From NCBI RefSeq assembly GCF_009914755.1, contig NC_060934.1: DNA of 64,000 bases; one strand, 5' to 3'. Of the stretch, positions 55,756-64,000 are shown piece by piece. The stretch comes from the human T2T-CHM13v2.0 reference genome, Homo sapiens. The translations under genes were made by a program, and so were the position numbers. Below the pieces are notes generated by a model. That model saw nothing but the letters and a program-made list of their open reading frames with translations, was not told the origin of the DNA and did not search any database. Position 1 is the stretch's first letter. Each line of letters opens with the position of its first letter.

Positions 55756-55805
55756 AATATAATATAATATAATATAATATAATATAATATAATATAATAT
55801 AATAT
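55756..55805. repeat. (AATAT)10 pentanucleotide repeat
   Basis: Perfect 50-nt array. Confidence 0.95.
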
Positions 55806-56142
55806 GTATATGGGTAATCAGTTGCTGCAAATAACATCAATATAAAAAATTAATCCAGAGTAATTCTGTATACCAGGAACAGTTTAAAACTGATAATTTA
55901 AAAATAATATAATTTATGTCACTGTCAGAACATTAATAACCTAAGGAATAAATCTAATGACTTATGTGCAGGATCTTTACACAGAAAACTATAAAACCTT
56001 ATTGTGAGAAATTAAATAAAATTTAAATATATCTCAGACCAAATTATGACAATTGTTTGAAAAACTCAATATTATGCAGATGTCTATTCTGCCCAAATTG
56101 ATCTGTAGATTTAATGTGATCCCAAACAAAATTTTAGCAGGT

Positions 56143-56250
56143 GTTTTTCTTTTGGAAATTGACATGGTGATTCTAAAATTTATACAAAAATGTGAAGGGT
56201 AATTTTTGTATAAATTTTAGAGTCTCCGTGTCAATTTCCAAAAGAAAAAC
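56143..56250. repeat. Inverted repeat: 49-bp arms (46/49 complementary), 10-nt loop
   Basis: Left arm 56143-56191, loop gtgaagggta, right arm 56202-56250. Confidence 0.95.
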
Positions 56251-56321
56251 TTTAGAAGAACAAAGCTGGAGGACTTTTCTATCCAAATTTTAGAAGAACA
56301 AAGCTGGAGGAGTTCTCTATC
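56251..56321 (+). repeat. 33-bp direct duplication
   Basis: tttagaagaacaaagctggaggacttttctatc (56251-56283) and tttagaagaacaaagctggaggagttctctatc (56289-56321). Confidence 0.9.
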
Positions 56322-56737
56322 AGATCTCATCACTTATGATTTTACAATAATTAAGTGTTGTTGCAAAGACAGGGAAATAGACTAATGCAGCAAATAGAAT
56401 TCCACAGACAGACCTATATATTTATGGGCACTTAATCTATGACAAAGGTGGAACTACAGAGCAGTCTTTCTTAATAAATTGTTCTGGGCCAATTGGGTGT
56501 ACAATTGGAAAAAATGAATATTAAGCCCTACCTCACATCATCATAAACAAAGATCTGTTTCAGATCAATGTTAGATCTAAATGTGGAAGTACAATAATAT
56601 TCTAGAAGATAACAGAGGCAAATATCTTCATATTTATGAGTAAAGAAAGATTTCTTAAATGGAATTTGAGTAGTTTTATTAGTAAAAGAAAAATGATAGA
56701 CTGAACTATATTTATATGTCTAAAAAGTCAGTAAGAA

Positions 56738-58125
56738 CACAAACATGCCATGCTCATGGATCAGAAGAATCAATATTGTAAAAATGGCTATACTGGCCAA
56801 AGCAATTTACAGAATCAGTGCTATTCCTATCAGACTACCAATGTCATTCTTCCCAGAATTAGAAAAAAAAAACTATCCTAAAATTAATATATAACCAAAA
56901 AAGAGCCCGAATAACCAAAGCAATCCTGAACAAAAAGAACAAAGCTGGAGGTATCACACTACCTGACTTCAAACTGTACTATAAAGCTACAGTAACCAAA
57001 ACAGCATGATACAGGTAGAAAAATGGACATGTAAACCAATTGAACTAAATAGAAAACTTGAACATAACGCCACACACTTACAATCATCTGATCTTTGACA
57101 AGGCTGACAAAAGCAAGCAATGAGGAAAGGACTCCCTATTCAATAAATGATGCTGGATAACTGGCTAGCCATATGCCAAAGATTGAAGCTGGACCCCTAC
57201 CTTTCAACATATACAAAATCAACTCAAAATGGATCAAAGATTGAAATGTAAAACCTCAAACAATACAAATCCTAACAGACAACCAAGGAAATAACTCTTC
57301 TTGACATTGGCCTTGATAATTTTTGGCTAAGTCCCCAAAAGTAATTGCAACAAAAACAAAAATTGACAAGTAGGACCTAATCAAACTACAGAGCTCTTCA
57401 CAGCAAAAGAAACCATTAGCAGAGCAAACAGACAGCCTACAAAATGGGAGAAGATATTCTCAAACTGTGCATCTGACAGAGGCCTAATATCCGGAATCTG
57501 TAGAGAACTTAAGTCCACAGGCAAAAGACAAATAACCCCATTAAAAAATGGGCAAAGGACATGAACAGACACTTCTCAAAAGAAGATATACAAGTGCCCA
57601 ACAAACATGCAAAAATGGTCAACATCACTAATCATTAGAGAAATGCAAATGAGGTATCACACCGGTCAGAATGGCTATTTTTAAAAAGTAAAACAACAAC
57701 AACAACAACACAGCAGATTCTTATGAGACTGCAGAGAAAAGTGAATGCTTAGACATTGTTGATGGGAATGAATGTAAATTATTTCAGCCACTGTGGAAAA
57801 TAGTTTGGAGATTTCTTAAAGAACTGAGCTACCATTTGACCCAGCAATCCCATTACTGGGTATATGCACAAAGGGAAATAAATAAATCATTCTACCAAAG
57901 AGACATAGGCACTTGTTTGTTCATTGCTGTGCTATTCACAGTAGCAAAGACATGGAATCAATCCAGGTGCCCATCAATGGTAGATTAGATTAAGAAAATG
58001 TGGTACATACATACCACGGAATGTTATGCAGTCATAAAGAAGAGTGAAATCTTGTCTTTTGCAGCAACATGGATGCAGTTGGAGGCCATAATCCTAAGAG
58101 AAATTAATGCAGGAACAGAAAATAA
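56738..58125 (+). mobile_element. L1PB/old L1PA ORF2 3' fragment, sense
   Basis: ccatgctcatggatcagaagaatcaatattg...aagaacaaagctggaggtatcacactacctgacttcaaact...gcaggaacagaaaa. Confidence 0.88.
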
Positions 58126-59057
58126 AATAAATCAGACATAAAAGAAAACAGTATATTCTTCTATTGATATAAAGTTCAGCACCAGGAAAAACAGAATTAT
58201 GGGCTTAGAAGTTATGATAGGGATTGCCTATGATTGTGTAGTATTTGAATGAGTAGCAGCAAAGCTTCTGGAGTGGTTATGTGTTCACTTTGTGATAATT
58301 CATTGAACTATACACTTAAGATTTTTATACTTTTGGCATATATATTATACTTCATAAAAATTTATAAAAAAATAGAAATCTGAGTTCAATTTGACTTCTT
58401 ATATGCTAAAAGATTATGATAATTTGACATACCAAAAGAGGGTCAATTTTTTATGTAAAGTTAGCAAATTATGTTTTTATTATCAGTGTTAGAAAAGAAT
58501 GGAGACATAAAATTTCAGTCATTTCTGCTATCCCACTCCTTCAGGAGTAGTTGCATCTGGTTTCGTTACATTTAATAAGTTAGAGAGAATAAACATCTTG
58601 AACTTATAGGAGTTCCTGTTGCTCAAAAATGATTCCTTTTATGTTTTTGGTATATTTTGCTGATTCATATTATCTTTGCTCAGGCACTTTAACTTTGGTG
58701 TAATGATTTTGAATATTGGGGTCATTGTGATCTTCATTTTATAGCCTTGTTAAATGAGGCATCTCATAACTTTCTTTGCATATGTTTGTACAACTTATAA
58801 TGGGAGCTTATGTCTTCATTATTTTTCTATGTGAAGACTTTTCTCTGGTAGTGGAGACCTCAGATTTTCTTGGCCTATTGTTTAGGTCTTTTCTTCAATT
58901 GTTGTATTCCTTTAGCCTGTGAAAAAGCACAGTAAGTTTTAACACATAAGGAATTTATTAAACTTTACCATTTATAACTTTCAGCTGTAATTATCAACTT
59001 TTTATTTTTATTTTTATTTTTTTCCAGTGAGGGAAAAAAGACTTCAATTATATTTCT

Positions 59058-59399
<342 letters not shown>

Positions 59400-60489
59400 T
59401 AGGTAGTGAATCTAATGGTAATGCTTCTGTGGTACAAATTAATTCTGTACTTTTAAAATGTCTTTCTAATCACATATACTTAAAAAATGTTTTCATAGGC
59501 CACACCTGGTTACATGAAATGATTTAATCTAGCTTCAATTTGATATAATAGAAGTTGTTTTTACATTAAAATATTAAAAACTATGTTATGAAATTATTTT
59601 TTTTTGTGATTTCTCTAAAAAATTTCCTGTCCGAGGTTTTGGAAAGCGATAGAGGTTAATTTTATAAATTATGTTATTATTTAAAACCCATTTCAGTAAA
59701 TACTGATGAACATCAGCATTTTTCTTTCTCTGCTTACTGAGTGTCTGAAATCTTTTCAATGAAAATTTTGTTGGCTCTTTATCAAGTCCTGTTTTGGAAA
59801 TAATCCTAAGTAGTTCTCAGTAAGGGAGATTGAGAATTTAAAATTTAATTTTATATATTTATGAGGGAAATAATAGAAATATATACGCACACAAGCACAC
59901 AAACATATAGTTGCGAAGTAAGATATCAGAGATTTATTAAAATGAAAATAAAATGTTTATACAGGCAAAAAGACTATTATCTTTAAAAACATCATGATAA
60001 GAGATTTGGAATTTTGGAATGTCTGGTTAAAATCCCATATTGATAATTTAAATAAGTACTTATCTCTGTAGCTTTGCTTTTCACAGTGATTAAAAAATTT
60101 GTAGTACTTATTTTTTACTAGTTCTCTTTTATAAATTGGGAAATATCACATATGGACAAAAGACTGTATGATAGTATGTATATATAGTTTCAAAACCATA
60201 ATAAAATGAATTCCCTGCCTACCTGTGCTAAGAAAGAGGATATTACAATACCCTAGAAGCCCCCATGTGTCCCTTTATGATTGTATCCCTTATATTATCC
60301 CCCTCCATTATTCTTAATATTGTGTTATTTCCTTGCTTTTCATTGCATGTTTTTACCCTCCATATATGTATTTGCCAGCAAACCTTTCATTTAGTTTTTC
60401 TGTTTTTAAATTTTGCATAAATTGTTTATCATTGTATGCTTTCTTCAGAGATCTTTAAAAAGTCAGCTTTATGCTCTGGAGATATATTT

Positions 60490-61166
60490 TAATGGAGAGA
60501 GGCAGACAATAAATATGGAAATAAGTAAAATGTATTTTAAATGATAATAAGTGCTATGAAGAGAAAAGAAAGCATGGAAGGAAGATAGAGAGTTTCAGAT
60601 TGTTGCATTTAAAAAGAGTGGCCAGAGAAGACCTCATAAGACATCTTAATAAAACCTAAAGGCGATTAAGGAGCGAGCCATGCAAATATCTGGGGGACAG
60701 GTGTTCTAGGAGGAGGTCCAGCTAGTGCAAAAGCCTTGAGATGGGAACATCCTTGTCATCTGGAACAGCAAAGGGGCTAGTGTAGTCGAATGTCTTGGAG
60801 TAAGATGGAAATTATCTTCCCTTAGAGAAATAACTGGAAACCCAGTCATGTAGGGCCTTAGAAAACATTATAGAGCTTTTACTTTGGTATGGGTAGACTT
60901 TGAGGGTTTTGAACAGATATGTGACTTATCTGACATATGTGACATGCTCTGACTTAGATTTTTACAGGAGCGGTGTTGTAATTACGATGCAAGAGCAGAA
61001 GCAGGAAGACCATTTAGGAGGCTATTTTAATGATCTAAGAGGGAGATGATGGTATCTGGAACCATAGAGGCCAATGTGAAGGTAGTGAGAATTGGTTGGA
61101 TTCCGAATATATTTTCAAGGTAGAACCAACAAGAATTGAAAAAACTAGGGGACTGGATATAGAGTG

Positions 61167-61211
<45 letters not shown>

Positions 61212-62230
61212 TAGTGAAAGATGAAGCAGGCATTTGGCTTGAAGACCTGAAAGCATGGAGTTGGCATTAGTTGGGATGATGAATTTTGTGGGAGAAGTAG
61301 GTTTGGTGTCAGGAAGAATGGAAACTTGGTTTTAGACACGTTTAATTTGAGGTACATACTATACAGCTTGTGGATATGTTAAATAGGTGGCTGGATGTAG
61401 GAATTTCAGGATCTGGACACTCTAATTTTCTGGTCAAAGAGATGAGGAGAAACAACCAGAAAAGGAGACTGAGAATGAGCAGTTAATGAGTTAGGAGGAA
61501 AACTGGGAGAATATGGTATTCTAGAAGCCAAGAGCATATTTCAAAGGAAAGAGAATTTGTCAGAAGCTGCTGATTGGTAAACTAATATGAGGATTGAGTA
61601 ATGGTCATGGAATCTGGCAAACCAGTGCTTTTTGCTGAACTTGACAAGAGAAGTTTCAGTGGGTGGTGAAGTCTTGATTGGCATGTGTCAAATAAAGATG
61701 AGAGAAGAGGAATTAAAGAAAAGTACTAACAACTTTTTTGAGGAGTTATAAGGAAAGGAAAGAAACAGGGTAACAAGTGGTAAGGGATGTGGGACAAGAT
61801 ATATATATTTTTAAGTTTGGAGAAATAATTATGTTTGTAGGTTGACAGGAAAGATCAAGAAGATGTAAGAAATGATGCCAAAAATAAAGGGAATAATTTG
61901 CTAGAGGGATGTACTCAAGAAAACAAGTAGCAATGGGATCTAGTGAACAAATAGAGTGGTAAACCTTACCTAGGAAGAGCATGGACACTTTATTCATAAG
62001 AACAGATATGAAGTCAGGTTATTTGAATACAAATACAGGTAAATAAGTAGAGGTGGAGAGAACTCTTGAAAATTTTGTTTCTTTTTATTTTCTCAGTGAA
62101 GTAGGAAGTAGAGTCATCACTTGAGGGTGAGAATGAGGGATAGTGGAAGATTGAGGTTTGAAAAGAGAAGTATGAAATCATTTAGGAGGGAGGGAGAGTG
62201 AATGAGTTAGGGAAGTGTAGTAGGATCCTT
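60490..62230 (-). mobile_element. L2 LINE (L2a-like), ~1.7 kb
   Basis: aggcagacaataaa...taagtgctatgaaga...gcaaaagccttgagatggga...ttttcaaggtagaaccaacaaga...ttttattttctcagtgaagtaggaag; (GA)n at ~61170-61209. Confidence 0.85.
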
Positions 62231-62289
62231 GGCAGAATTTTCCCATGTGAGAGACCCTTAATGTGCGAACGCAGAGTCTTTTTATATTT

Positions 62290-64000
62290 TCTGCCTTACT
62301 GTGGATGCATACTGGAATTGTCCTTAGTTTTTACTATTATGAGCAATTGTAGCAAAAATATTCTTATTTAGTCTTCTATTGTTTCACGACAGTTTGTCTA
62401 AGCTATTTACTTAATAGTATAAATGCTTGTTCATGCTCTATTTTACCCAACTATACTCCAGCCTCATCTTACTAATTTGCACTTCTACCAGGGGTGAATG
62501 ACAGTTCCCATTTCTTCTCAACAATCTCATTAAGGTTTGATGTTTTTTCATTTTTGAATATTTTTTGCCAATATGGTGAGTATAAAATGGTGTCCTATTT
62601 TGGTTTTAATTTGCGTTTCCTTAATTGCTAATGAGGTATAACATCTTTTCATATTTATTGGCCAAACAGCTACTCTGAAATTTTCACCCATATTGTCATA
62701 TGTAGTTGTTTGTGTACCCTTTTTTGATAATAATTTTTTGTTAGTTTTATATTTTGCCAACATTTTATCTCTCAGATTGTGGATCATCTTTTTACTCTTT
62801 GTGTAATATTTGATAAGCAAAACTTATTAATTTTAATATAGCAGAAGTTGTCAGTATTTTATGGATTTTGCTTTGTGTCTTGCTTAAATAATACTTACTT
62901 ACCTTAGTGTTTTCAATATTGCCTTCCACACATTTAGTCTTTAACCCAACTGGATAAGGACTTTTGTGTGTGTGTGTGTGTGTATGTGTGTGTGCACAAC
63001 CAGAACTATAAATAGTGCTCCCAGAACTATTTATTGAAAAGTCCATTCCATTAGTGGTCTGCAATACTAACAGTTTTTTTGGTTAGAATTACTTCCAGGT
63101 GATTGATATTTTATATGCTTTTCTAGGTGAAATCTGTATTCATTTCCTATGGCTACTATAATAAACTATCATAGACTTGGAGGCTTAAAACAACAGAAAT
63201 TTAGCTTCTCACAGTTCTGGTGGCTAAAAGTCTGAAATCCAGGTGTCAGCAGGGCCATTCCCTCTTGAAAGGCTCCAGGGAAGAATCCTTCTAGCCTTTT
63301 CCATCATTTGGCAGCTCCAGACATTCCTGGGCATACTTTGATTGTAGCTGCATTACTCCAGTCTAACTCTTGGACTTCATATGGACTTCTCCTTGTGTGT
63401 TTGTATGTGTCTGAACGTGGCCTTCTTGTAAGGACACCAGTCACTGGATTTAGGACCCATACTTGTTTAGGATTAGATCTATGTGATCTCATTTTAACTT
63501 AACTATCTGCAAAGACCCTATTTTCAAACTAAGGTCACACTCCAAGGTTCCAGGTGAACAATTTTGGGAGGACAGTATTCATTCAACCAGTACAATATCT
63601 TTTAATTTCTTTTTCTGTTTATGATCTGATAGACTGAAAGGCAATTGATTTTTTATTACTCTTATGTCTAACAGTTTGCTGTATTTTTGTAATTTATGTG
63701 TAGACTTTTTTAGCGTTTTTTAAATAATAGTTGATCAGATTATATACAAATAATGACAGTTTTGTTTCTTCCTTTCTGGGTCTTACAGCTTTATATTTTT
63801 CTCGTCTTACAATTTCTGCTATAATCTTCAGCTCATTGTTGAATAGAAGTGTGATAACAGGCATCTATTTTATTCCTGAGCTTTTAAAAAATGCTTTCAG
63901 TATTTCTTCACTAAGAATGATGTTCATTGTGGGTTTTTTAGATATCATTATAAAGAAAGGTCTCTTTTTTCCTGGTTTGATAAGGGTTTATATTATGAAT
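62290..64000 (-). mobile_element. Old antisense L1 fragments (interrupted by MLT1)
   Basis: ORF 62548..62820 has WPINMKRCYTSLAIKETQIKTK (ORF2 C-terminus-like); ttgaatagaagtg near 63840; (TG)n at ~62965-62994. Confidence 0.7.
63135..63594 (-). mobile_element. MLT1 solo LTR (MLT1B/C-like, ERVL-MaLR)
   Basis: tgtattcatttcctatggct...ggcttaaaacaacagaaattt...ctcacagttctgg...aaggacaccagtcactggatttagg...attcaaccagtaca; TSD aaatc / atatc. Confidence 0.88.

Overview
Primate (almost certainly human) genomic DNA: a 64-kb, AT-rich, repeat-dense slice of ATRNL1 (attractin-like 1), transcribed on the + strand. Two coding exons are present, 1292-1547 (256 nt) and 45960-46143 (184 nt). They encode kelch repeats and splice in frame across a 44.4-kb intron (I recall these as exons 8 and 9; numbering not verified). 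Read-through of the first exon's donor gives an 18-aa tail whose stop codon overlaps an AATAAA, consistent with an intronic-polyadenylation short isoform. The rest is mostly interspersed repeats: old and young L1s, L2, about 11 Alu/Alu-monomer copies, MaLR/ERVL LTRs and DNA transposons (MER58A x3, Tigger3b, MER8, a near full-length Charlie3 hAT with a decayed transposase, and a probable TTAA-flanked piggyBac/Looper relic). Nearly all other ORFs in the track are repeat-derived or spurious. I find no prokaryote-type system (no CRISPR, operon, rRNA or tRNA) and cannot claim a new biological system. The most unusual signals are a 49-bp-stem fold-back hairpin with an adjacent duplication (56143-56321), several local templated-insertion scars, the Charlie3 and piggyBac fossils, the stop/polyA/U1 arrangement after the first exon, and very short or atypical L1 insertions. 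Repeat subfamily calls are from remembered consensus motifs and need RepeatMasker/Dfam confirmation; boundaries of old repeats are approximate.
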